A program made the translations under genes and the position numbers. Shown here in pieces: positions 53,050 through 64,000 of a stretch of 64,000 bases of DNA. The stretch comes from the human T2T-CHM13v2.0 reference genome, Homo sapiens. Positions within the stretch are counted from its first letter, which is position 1. Each line of letters begins with the position of its first letter. The notes below the pieces were generated by a model, which was not told the DNA's origin, searched no databases, and saw nothing but the letters and a program-made list of their open reading frames with translations. The DNA lies in NCBI RefSeq assembly GCF_009914755.1, contig NC_060943.1, one strand, 5' to 3'.

Positions 53050-53548
53050 CAGGAGTCCTCAACACCCAGGGCACAGACTGATACCAGTCTGTGGTCTGTT
53101 ATAAACCAAACCGCACAGCAGGAGGTGAGCAGTGGATGAGCGAGGCTTCATCAGGATTCACAGCCACTCCCCATCACTCGCATTACAAATCAGCAGCAGC
53201 ATTAGATTATCGTAGGAGTGCAGACCCTATTGTGAACTGCGCACGTGAGGGATGTAGGTTGTACACTATTTACGAGAATCTAACGCCTAAGGATCTCTCA
53301 CTGTCTGTCATCACCCCTAGATGGGAACCTTTAGTTGCAGGAAAACAATCCCATGGCTCTCACTGATTCTACGTTATGGTGAGCTGTATAATTATTTCAT
53401 TATATATTATAATGTAATAATAGAAACAAAGTGCACAGTAAGTGTAATGCGCTTAAATCATACCAATAGAAAACCATCTTGCCACATCCGTGAAAAAATT
53501 GTCTGTCACAAAACCAGACCCTGGTGCCAACAAGGTTGAGGAGCACTG
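53050..53548 (+). mobile_element. MER1A hAT-Charlie DNA transposon fossil
   Basis: caggagtcctcaac...gttgaggagcactg termini; perfect 8-bp TSD ccctacat at 53042-53049 and 53549-53556. Confidence 0.9.
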
Positions 53549-56381
53549 CCCTACATTGTACAGTGCCTGACATACACCAGGTAGCCAAAAAAATTCTTAG
53601 TGGGGTTAATTAGAGCTTTTAAAAACTGTATTTGTCTTTCCCTAGCTTGCTTTGTATTTTCTCTTTTTTCCGTGTTCTCAGAGACAATGGGGTAGGACTA
53701 TATAAATGTGTGATATTTCTGGTAGTTTAATTACTTTAAAATGTTCTTTATTCATTTTGATGTACCTTCTTGGACTAAGTTATTTTCACCCTGCTTCTTT
53801 GAAATCATTCAGGAAAGATTCCATGTTTATACTCAGAACAACACTATTAGGGTTGGGTGGGTATGTTGACCCATTTTATAGCTGCTTTATGAGGTACCCA
53901 GTGGCTGGCAATAAATTAAGCTCAGCATCCACAATTCCTAACTACCATCTAGCTCCATGGAACACCTGCTTTATAGAGTCAGCTTGATCTCAAAAAAAAA
54001 AAAAATCATAGATTTAAATGTATACTGCTTATTTACCTCTGTGTATGTGTGTTGTTATTTTTAATAAAGACCTTTTTTTTTCAAAATAAATTTGATTGAA
54101 TTTGAAGGTATAAGGGAATTTCAAATGAAACTTTAGCCTCTGGTGACGTTGCCATTGATGAATATGATGATAGACATCTTTTCAGTAGCCTTTCTACCTC
54201 ATGGGATTGTTGTAAAGATAAATAAATGTTCCAGAAACTCAAAACCTACATATGGAATAAAGTGGTTTATTTTGAGATCAGGAAGTTTTGTGGGTATCCA
54301 CTGTGGATTTCCTTTCCAGAATTTTGAATTTTTGAGTGATTTGCTTTGGGGAAGGGTGCTACTGGCCTTAAGTATACAGACACTAGAAATGCTGCTCAGC
54401 ATATTACAATGCACAGGATAGCCACAAATGTCAGCAGAGCTGAAGTCAAGCAAGCCTGCTTGAGAGGTGTAGTAGTGGCCTTTATTGCATCCACAAGCAC
54501 AGTGGGTGCATTCCCTGTATTGCATGTGCTATATTTAGAAATCTGAAATTCCATAAAGTAAGTAAGCTTTTATTTGCCTCTAAGATGCCATGGTTGGCAA
54601 GGTCAAAGTTTTACAAGAAGCTTGGGATTGAGGAAAACATTAAGTGGTATTCAGTGTATTTGAAAACTCCATAGTAAATAAGAGCTCTAGAACTCATCAG
54701 CTTCTTCAACAAATGAGATGCATTGGCTCTGTAAAGTTGTTTTGGTAGGTGGCTCCTACCTGAGTTATTTAGGAAATTCGCTTCGATGCTGTCATCTGCC
54801 AGTCTCCCTCATGTTTTCAGTTACGTGGAGTATATCTTTTAAAAAAATTCTTTGAACTAGCTCTTACTAGCTTGATAGTTAATGTTTTTGCATTCATAGT
54901 CTCCCTTATTTTAATTTCTCAAGTTTTTGCAAAATTCTTACATAACTATCTGCCCTTTTCATAGACTGGTGTTTCTGAGCCAGGTCTTCTGTCCACACAT
55001 GTCGTCTTGAGAGAGTGGATGTTAGCCAGCTGCCCTGGCTGAGATGGATGGGGACAATACAGGGATGCAATAAAGGAGACAGTGATAATTTATATGATCT
55101 GGGACCCCAGGCCTCACACCAGAACTGTCTAGTATATGTTTAGCAAATAAGTGCCACTGATTTGACCTTTGTCCTGCCCTTCCACTTTCCACCCTACTAC
55201 ACAAGCAGGAAATATGCACGAGATAAGGCAGGAAGATGAGGAGACTGAATTCCAGAAAAGAAAGGGCTGCCTGCAGTAAGCAGACAGTTGCCTCCACAGT
55301 GGTCTGGGCTCCCACTTACCTTAGAGACATGTGCAACACTTGAGAATAGTTGTTTTAAAATTCTGAAATCAGTGGACAGACTGTAAGCATCCCATTGCAG
55401 TCAGTTGCCAGGTACCTGTTCTCTGCAGCAACCTTTCACCTCCCATACTTGGGAGTGAGTTCTGTTCCTGCAGAGTGCCCTGTGCATTCTGGTGCTTTTG
55501 TGCCCTCTCCTTTAACCTATAAACTGACAACTCTAACTCTACATTTTCACTTACAATTTTTCTGAAGCAGTAATCTTTTGTGATCCTGATCACACTACAA
55601 GTCCTTCACCCTGCAAGTACTTGTAAAAATGAAAGTAATGTCCATTCCTTCTGGAAGGTGATTGCCATGCACACAACCTACTAGGCCAGGAACATTACTG
55701 ATGGCTGTCCTGATGCATGTCTCTCTCACCCCCATGTCCAATCAGTCACCAGGCTCTCCTCAAAACCATGCTTCAGTCACTGACTTTGGCTGTTTAATCA
55801 CTTCTGACCTAAGGCCCTCATTGAGTCATAAGCACCTCTTAATTTTCTGCCACCAGTTTCTCTCTACTGCTGTTAATCTTCCAGCTTGCTGCCAGAGTCA
55901 TCATCCTCAAAAACAAAAGCTGCTGTCATTGTTTGCCTGCCTAATAACATCTCTTGCCTCCCTGCTGTCTGCAAAAAGAAAAATCCAAACTCCTTCACTT
56001 GTTTTACGAAGACCCATATCTGCTTCCAAACCAAATTGCTAGTCTTGGCTCTTGTCTCTGTCTTCCACATCACTGACACACTGAATAATTCTTTACTGCC
56101 CCTGCTGTTGCATGGGTTGTTCTTTTTGTTTTGTCTCCATCCCCTTCCCCCAGCAAAGAATATTTACTCTTTACTCTTCATTGAGACCCATCTCAAATAG
56201 TACCTTTTCTAGGGAGAATTAGGCCTTCTGTTCCTAATAACTTTTACCCTCGTCTATCAAGTCTGTCTGCTGTAATTTATCTGTTAACATGTTTCTCCTA
56301 CCTCAAGGATATTTTTCCCATCTTCTGTACCTAGCACAATTGCATGGCTGATGCTCACTGACTACTGCATGTTGATTTACT

Positions 56382-56599
56382 TATTTTATTTTACTTGTTT
56401 GAGAGATGGAGTCTTGCTCTGTTGCCCAGGCTGGAGTGCAGTGGTGCAATGTAGGCTCACTACAGTCTCTGTCTCCCTGTTTCAAGCAATTCTCCTGCCT
56501 CAGCCTCCCCAGTAGCTCAGATTACAGGCACCCACCACCACGTCCAGCTAATTTTTATATTTTTAGTAGAGACAGGTTTCACCACATTGGTCAGGCTGG
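56382..56599 (-). mobile_element. Alu truncated in its left arm
   Basis: Reverse Alu stops at ggtcaggctgg. Confidence 0.9.
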
Positions 56600-56891
56600 G
56601 AAATGAAGGGATGGGCCAAATTAAAGGAATAGGTTGGGCTAATTAACTGCAGCAGGAGCATGTCCTTAAGGCATAGATCACTCATGCTATTGTTTGTGGC
56701 TTAAGAATGCCTTTAAGTGGTTTTCTGCCCTGGGCGGGCCAGGTGCTCCTTGCCCTCATTCTGCTAAACACACAACCTTCCAGTGTGGGTGTTATGGCCA
56801 TCATGAACATGTCACAGTGCTGCAGAGATTTTGTTTATGGCCAATTTCAGGGCCAGTTTATGGACAGATTTTGGGGGGCTTGTTCCCAAAA
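56597..56891 (-). mobile_element. MER9 (HERV-K9/HML-3 LTR), 5' ~290 bp only
   Basis: Reverse complement reads ttgggaacaagcccccc...ccataaacaaaatctctgcagcactgtgacatgttcatgatggcc...ggcccatcccttc. Confidence 0.88.
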
Positions 56892-56914
56892 ACTGTAAAT
56901 GAAGTAATTAAAAT

Positions 56915-57210
56915 GGCCAGCCAGGAGTGGCGGCTCATCTCTGTAATCCCAGCACTTTGGGAGGCTGAGGCAGGTGAATCACCTGAGGTCAGGACTTTGA
57001 GACTAGCCTGGGCAACATGCCACAACTGTATCTCTATAAAAAATTTTAAAAAATAGCTAGATGTAATGGTGCACACCTATGGTCCTAGCTACTCGGGAGG
57101 CTGAGATAAAAAGATGGTTTGATCCTGGAAGGTGGAGGTTGCAGTGAGCCAAGATTGTTCCACTGCCCTCCAGCCTGGGTGACAGATTAAAACCCATTTC
57201 AAAAAGAAAA
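56915..57210 (+). mobile_element. Old Alu
   Basis: Diverged dimeric Alu. Confidence 0.88.
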
Positions 57211-57229
57211 TTAAGATAAAAATTAAAAA

Positions 57230-58450
57230 TGTGTGGGAAAAAAGATGGAAAGACAAACACAATATAATAAAACCTGTGAGATAAAGCAAATATAATACTA
57301 AGAGGGCAGTTTACAGCCTAAATGACTGCATCAAAAAAGTAGAAAGCTTACATATTGAGCACCTGACATCACACACTCTTCAAGGAACTAGAAAATTAAT
57401 AATAAACAAAATTCCAAGTTAGAAGAAAAAAATAACAAAAATCAGAACAGAACCAAATGAAATAGAGATGAAAAACAATAAAAATGATCAACAGAATAGA
57501 GTTGGTTTTCCAAAAAGATAAAATGGGTAAATTGCTAGGTAGATTAACCACAAACAGAATGAAAATCTAAATAAACAAAATCAGTTATGAAAGAAGACAT
57601 TACAATGGATACAACAGTAATACAAAAGTTCACTAGAAATGATTATAAACATCTAGACACTAATAAACCTGAAAACCTAAAAAGAATGAATAAATTCATG
57701 AAAACATACAACCTCCCAAGATAGAGCCAGGAAGAAATAGAGTACCTGAACAAACCAGTAATGAGTAGCATGATTGAGTCAGTAATAAAAAGTATCTCGA
57801 CAAAGAAAAGCTCAGGACTGGATAAACGCACAGCCAAATTCTACCAAATATACAAAGAATAATAATCCTCCTTAAACTCTTCCCAAAAATTGAAGATAAT
57901 CAAATTCTCCCTAAGTCACTCTGAGGTCAGTATCACCCTGATACCAAAACTAGCCAAGGACACAACAAAGAAAACTATTATTATATTATTATTATAAAAA
58001 ATAGACAAATGGGACACAAAAGAGTTTTTGCACAGTAAAAAAAAAAAAAAAATCAACAGGATAAATAGGCAACCTACAGAATAAAAGAATATATTTGCAA
58101 ACTATGGGCCAACATGAAACCAATATTCAGAATTTACAAATAACTCAAACAATTCAAAAATATCATAATAATAAGAAATCCCATTGAAAAATGAGCAAAT
58201 ACTACTAAGCATTTTTCAATAAAGACATACAAATAACCAACACGCATATAAAAAACATGCTCAATCTCAACTAAAAATAAAACTACGATTTGATTCAGAA
58301 ACCTCATCATTGGGTATCTACTCAAAGAAAATTAGTTTATTACATGAAAATGATACCTAATATCACCTACAAATAGGTAACTGCAAATGAAAACAGTGAT
58401 GAGGTATGACTTCAAATCTGTTAAAATTACTAATATCAAAAAGAAAAAAT
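57230..58450 (+). mobile_element. Old L1 ORF2 fragments
   Basis: A-rich ORF2-like text (aacctcccaagatagagccaggaagaaataga; cagccaaattctaccaaa), with internal deletions. Confidence 0.8.
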
Positions 58451-58453
58451 AGA

Positions 58454-58810
58454 GGCTGGGCACGGTGGCTCACGCCAGTCATCCCAGCACTTTGGGATGC
58501 CAAGGCGGGAGGATCACTTACGTTCGGAAATTCAAGACCAGCCTGACCAACATTGGGAAACACCATCTTTACTAAAAATACAAAATTAGCTGGTCATGGT
58601 GGCACATGCCTGTAATCCCAGCTACTCCAGAGGTTGAAGTGGGAGAATCTCTTGAACCCAGAGGAGAATCACTTGAACCCAGGAGGGGAAGATGGTGGTG
58701 AGCTGAGATCATGCCATTGTACTCCAGCCTGGGCAACAAGAGCAAAACTCTGCCTCAAACAAACAAACAAACAAACAAACAAAAACAAAAAGGAAAGAAA
58801 GAAAAGAAAA
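58454..58810 (+). mobile_element. AluS with a ~21-bp internal duplication and (CAAA)n tail
   Basis: ggagaatctcttgaacccagaggagaatcacttgaacccagg. Confidence 0.9.
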
Positions 58811-59267
58811 AATACAGAAATAGCAAGTAACATCTGTCATTGATGTTCCTGAGATTTCTGAAACAAATCTTAATGTCACCACTGCTCTCACACACTTCAG
58901 ATATGATGGAAAAAGAAAACTTCAGAAATGATCTAACATGCACTTCCTCAAAATACTCAGAGATATTCTTATATCCCCCCTTGAAGCAATGGAAGAGGAG
59001 GCATATCATGCAGCACCTTATAAGCCATAAAGAGGACTTTAGCTCTCACGGTACCTTCAAAGGAAAATCACTAAATAGCAAGTAACGTCCATAGAGAATT
59101 TAATGGTATGGGACAAATGATGCTCCTATACAAAAGCTACAGAATAAAAAATGGCTTTTTAGGAAACATTTCCACTGAAGCAGAGCATCCCATACCACAT
59201 TTTAAGGTCTGCAATTCTTTTTGACCTTTGTACCTCTCGTCTGTGTTATCTGCTTCATTCATGCTTA

Positions 59268-59462
<195 letters not shown>

Positions 59463-59867
59463 CTAGAAATTTAATTCCAAAATACTGTTTTCTGACAGAA
59501 ACTTTTGAATATTTAGAACATATTTTACATTTCTGGGTCCTTAGCTCTACTATTCAATATTATTGAATTTAAAATTGGTGCTGGATATTGAATTTTAATA
59601 TTTGGGCAAGAATATTTAATGCCACTGAATTTCTAGAATGACCATTAATCTAGAGTGAAGAATACAGATTAGCTCAAGAAAGGGGAAGTTTCCTGTTAAA
59701 ACATCTTGAAGATTTTCTTTTCTGTTCCAGTAAACCTTCAAGTTTTCCTTAAAAGTGTTGATCTAAAAATAATTTGTGCAGAGGAAAAACTGCCAAAATC
59801 ATTCTACAAAGGGAGAAAATAGAAGCCTTAGGGTGTATTAGAAAACCTGGGGAAAATGTATTGACAC

Positions 59868-59991
59868 CGAGAGACCAGTTTTCGGCAGTTCTCTAACACT
59901 GCATCTCTGAACAAATTTCACTGAGCAGTATTCAGACATTCCACACCTCCTGAGAGAATTCTATGGCCACAGCCTTGAAAGTTAACATTTC
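59868..59991 (-). pseudogene. KRAB-A exon, disrupted
   Basis: ttattttag acceptor; EMLTFKAVAIEFSQEVW, 1-nt deletion, then CLNTAQ*NLFRDAVLENCRKLVS; 124 nt versus the usual 127. Confidence 0.92.
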
Positions 59992-60622
59992 CTAAAATAA
60001 ACCCAAAGACCCACACATACTTAGCAAGTGGTCATAGGCAGAATTATTAATTTTACTCTAAGTGTTTGAGAGTTAAGAGAACTGGCTCTGTTTCACATAA
60101 GAGACTGGCATTATCCAATAAAATATTGTTCAATAGAGAAAGATTCTCTAATGTATTCCTTCATTCTGAGGAAAGAGGATGAAACAAGATCCACAAAACC
60201 AGTGTATGTATTATAGTTTTCTGAATGACACAGCATAATATTTATGGCAAAAACACAAGCATTTACAGTTTTGAGTGCCATATATACATTATACAGAGTA
60301 AGGTGTGTACAGTTCTCATATGGAGAAGTCACAGTAAGTTAGAAGTTACCTCTCGAATTTTAATGCATACATTAATAAACTGGAGATTTTGTTAAAATAC
60401 GTATTCTAATTCAAGAGATCTGGGATGAGACCTGAGTTACTGTATTGCTAACAAACTCACCAATGATGTCAATGATTCTAGCTTAAGAAAAATACTCTGT
60501 AAAACATCTAGTAAGTGATAGAACCTGGGTTTTTTCCCCATGTATATGACCAGTAAACAAAGATGACAGCCTTCATTTTCCAAAGCAATGTATAAACAAA
60601 GAGAAACTATTAAGAAAAAGAG

Positions 60623-60978
60623 TGTAAGAAAAATGGATGTTCTGTGGTCAAAAATAGGCCATGGTAAACGTCTGGTTCAGCATGACTCAGTTAGTTTAGA
60701 GTGCAGGTGCACCATTCTACTTATTATGTAACCTGGTTGTATAAGCTCATACTTGGCTCTGATCCACTATTGAGTGAAAAGAGTACACAGACAGGTGGAC
60801 AGGAGGGAGAGGGAGAGTAAAGCTGCTCACCCTGTACACAGGGCTCGTGCTCAGGCTTGTGCCTAGAGAGAAAAAAAAGCCATCTCAAAAATTCCCATAG
60901 TTCCTTGATTGTTTTTCCAGCAACCCACCACTCACCCACCCACTCCTGTTAGACCTCAGATTAGGCTGGAACCTGACA
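60623..60978 (+). mobile_element. LTR18-like (ERVL) LTR in KRAB-ZNF intron 1
   Basis: tgtaag...atggatgt...ggtcaaaaataggcc...gcatgactcag...aagctcatacttggctc...ggaacctgaca. Confidence 0.7.
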
Positions 60979-61929
60979 CTTGGCATGATAGGGGAGCTTT
61001 CAGAGTAAATGTGATTGTTTATGCACATTAGTCACCTCTCCAAAATACCTATTAATAATACAGTTTTTAAAAAGAAACATTATAGTGAAGAAATTCTTCA
61101 GAAAACACGTTAACCAAGTTAATAAAATTAATGGGACAGATTGGTATCAGGTGCTGATACATATAGGAGGATGCAACATGACTCTGTGAGACTACTGGCC
61201 AAAAAACATAAATTATAATCTGAATCTAATCATGAAAAATGTGTTTTATGTAAAGTTCAAGCCACATATGTTGCCCATGTTTTGTAATTTCTAGTAGTGT
61301 ATCTAAAAACTCTTTTAGCATTCTAGAAGGCAAATTTCTTTGAATTCATTCCTTTAAATATCTTTCTAAATTATTCCAGGCTATTAATTTCATCCTTTTA
61401 AAGTGTGCATTTAAAAATTATGTTCTTCATAGAGCTGATGGAGCCCTCCGATGGAACCCAAAAGGTGCGGTTTTCTCCCTCACTGATATCTGAGGACCCA
61501 GCACCATCCCCAATAAGAATGTTTTATATCCCCACCTGCCCAGGCTGATCTGTCAACAAAGGGAATACTCTCAATATTTCAGGGTATAAATTCAAGGTAT
61601 TAGTTGTGATATGTAAGAAGCCTGGATGGAGAGAATAAAGATAAGGTTCTGATATATAGAAGTGAATTATTTTAATGAGGTCCTTTCACTGTCACGAGAA
61701 GACAAGAGAAATGTAGTTCAAATAATCTTGTTAGGCAAAAGCATCAGAAGTAGAAATGTAAATTATTGCAATTCTAAATACATGACATTCTAGAAGAAAA
61801 TGTGGACAGAATTTTGACCTGGGACACACTTACCTGACAATCAACCATTTCTTCCTCTCTTCTCTGATTCCTTCTCAGGAGAGATTATCTGAACAAATCA
61901 CCATTTCATCTTGAGACTGTGTCTTTAAA

Positions 61930-64000
61930 GGCATCAGGACAGACTCTCTGAAGGAAGCAGACTGCTCCTGCAGGACCCTGGAGACACCCCAAATACTGTG
62001 AGTGCCACAACTGCAGAAGTGGGAAAGGGAGATCCTCCTCTCCTAAACACACAACCCCACTGGAGAAGCTGAAAGTCTGTTTGTGGGAGAAGTTTCTAAC
62101 TACCTGGAGCTGCGTCAAGTTAGAGAGCCAAGCTGAGTGAAATACAGGGGTGTAGGAGGCAACAAAGAGGCCCTGGGAGCTCGCTGAATCCCCAAGGAGC
62201 CCATTCCTGCCTAGCACCACAGGGATCCATCAAGGGGAGGACAGAGGAGCAGGGGGTAAAACTTCCAAGGGGAGAAGGACTTCCCTAGCTGAACTTTGTA
62301 ACAATTTGAATGGGGCAAGAAGACTTATGGCCAGAACTTGGGGGAAGGCATGAATCCGGCTTGAAGACTTCACAGGCATGGAAGAACTAAAGCCCTTTTT
62401 TTTCCCGCAGCTGGGAGACAGAAAGCCTGGGGAAATTTTCAAGCCCAACTCGCCCTCCACCTGGAAACAGACTCAGGTCTGTTATGAAGGGCACAGTGAG
62501 AGTGAGACCAGCCCTTTCGTTTGCATGGGAGCTGAGTAAGGCCTGTGACTGCCAGCTTTCCCCCACTTCCCTGACACCCTGCATGACTCAGCAAAGACAG
62601 CCATAATCCTCCTAGGTACACAACTCCAGTGACCTGGGAATCTCACCCCCATCTGCCACAGCAGCTTCAGCAACAACCACCCAAGGAGACTCTGAACTCA
62701 GGCATGCCTAGCACCCCCCGCACCCATTGGTCTTTCCCTAAACACCATGGTAGCAGAAGAAAAAGGACATATAATCTTGGGAGTCCTGGGTTCCCACCCA
62801 CTGCTAGTCCCTTTCAACAGTACTACAGCTGATGCTTTCTGGAAAGCACTATCTCCTGGCAGGAGGTCTACCAGCACAAAAATAAAGCATTAAACCACCA
62901 AAGCTAAGGACACCCATGGAGTCCATTGCACCCTTAGCCACCTCCACCAGAACAGGCACTGGTATCCATGGCTGAGAGACTCATAAACACTTCACATCAC
63001 AGGACTCTGTGCAGACAACCCCAAGTATCAGTCTGGAGCTGGGAAGACTCATTGGGTGGCTAGATCCAGAAGAGAGACAACCAATCACTGTAGTTCAGCT
63101 CACAGGAAACCACATCCACAGGAAAAGGGGGAGAGTACTACATCAAGGGAACACCCTGAGGGATAAAAAAAAAAAATCTGAACAACAGTTTTCAGCTCTA
63201 GACCTTCCCTCTGAAAGGGACTACCCAAATGAGAAGGAACCAGAAAAGCAAACCAGGTTGTATGACAAAAGGAGGTTTGTCAACACCCCACAAAAAAAAA
63301 AAATCACACTAGCTCACTGGCAATGGATCCAAACCAAGAAGAAATCCCTGATTTATCTAAAAAAAGAATTCAGGAGGTTAGTTCTTAAGCTAATGATGGA
63401 GAGACAAGAGAAAGGTGAAGCCCAATGCAACAAAATAAAAAAAAAATCATATGAGAAGTGAAGGAAGAAATATTCAACAAAATATATAGCTTAAAGAAAA
63501 AAAAATCAAAAATTCAGGCAACTTTGCACAGACTTTTAGAAATACGAAATGCTCTGGAAAGTCTCAGCAGTAACAAGTAGAAGAAAGAAATTCAGAGTTC
63601 AAAGACAAGATATTTGAATTAACCAAATTCAACAAAGACAAATAAAAAAGAATAAGAAAATATGAACAAAGCCTCCAAGAAGTCTGGAATTATGTTAAAT
63701 GACCAAACCTAAGAATAATTTGTGTTCCTGAGGAAGAAGACAATTCTAAAAGCTTGAAAAATATATTTGAGGGAATAATCAAGGAAAACTTCTCTGGCCT
63801 TGCTAGGGACCTAGACATGCAAATACAAGAAGCACAAAGAACACCTGGAAAATTCATTGCAAAGAGATCTTCGCCTAAGCACACTGTCATCAGCTTATCC
63901 AAAGTAAAGACAAAGGAAAGAATCTTAAGAGTTGTGAGACAGAAGCACCAGGTAACCTATAAAGGAAAACCTACCAGATTAACAGCAGACTACTTAGGAG
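61930..64000 (+). mobile_element. L1PB-type element: 5'UTR and decayed ORF1, running off the window
   Basis: ctcctgcaggaccctggagacaccccaaatactgtgag 5'UTR; atgagaaggaaccag near 63229; ORF1-like gagggaataatcaaggaaaacttc...cacctggaaaattc. Confidence 0.85.

Overview
Primate, very likely human, genomic DNA (one Alu carries all five AluYa5 diagnostics). No intact protein-coding gene is visible. It looks like a pericentromeric or KRAB-zinc-finger-cluster mosaic. From left to right: an ERV1 env remnant plus truncated LTR (1.8-4.0 kb); a degenerate ~550-700 bp tandem array (4.1-19.2 kb, about 13 units plus partials) split by a full-length L1PA3-type element and containing a 1 kb inverted duplication; a VN1R pseudogene (22.1-23.0 kb); nested L1s; complex beta-satellite (35.7-42.8 kb); a ~6.3 kb polypyrimidine tract (43.2-49.5 kb); a CpG island (50.3-51.1 kb); and a KRAB-A/B pseudogene with no zinc-finger exon (59.3-60.0 kb). 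The most interesting object is the tandem array. Each unit is an Alu-derived scaffold carrying 1-3 copies of a 35-bp module whose core reconstructs to AGGTCGACCAG, a Sal-box-like (TTF-I / Pol I terminator) motif. From my memory of that sequence, the unit also resembles the human rDNA terminator R-repeat. Second, the two full-length L1s share clustered non-consensus variants, which suggests short-tract gene conversion. Repeat subfamily names and consensus comparisons come from recall and need RepeatMasker/BLAST confirmation.
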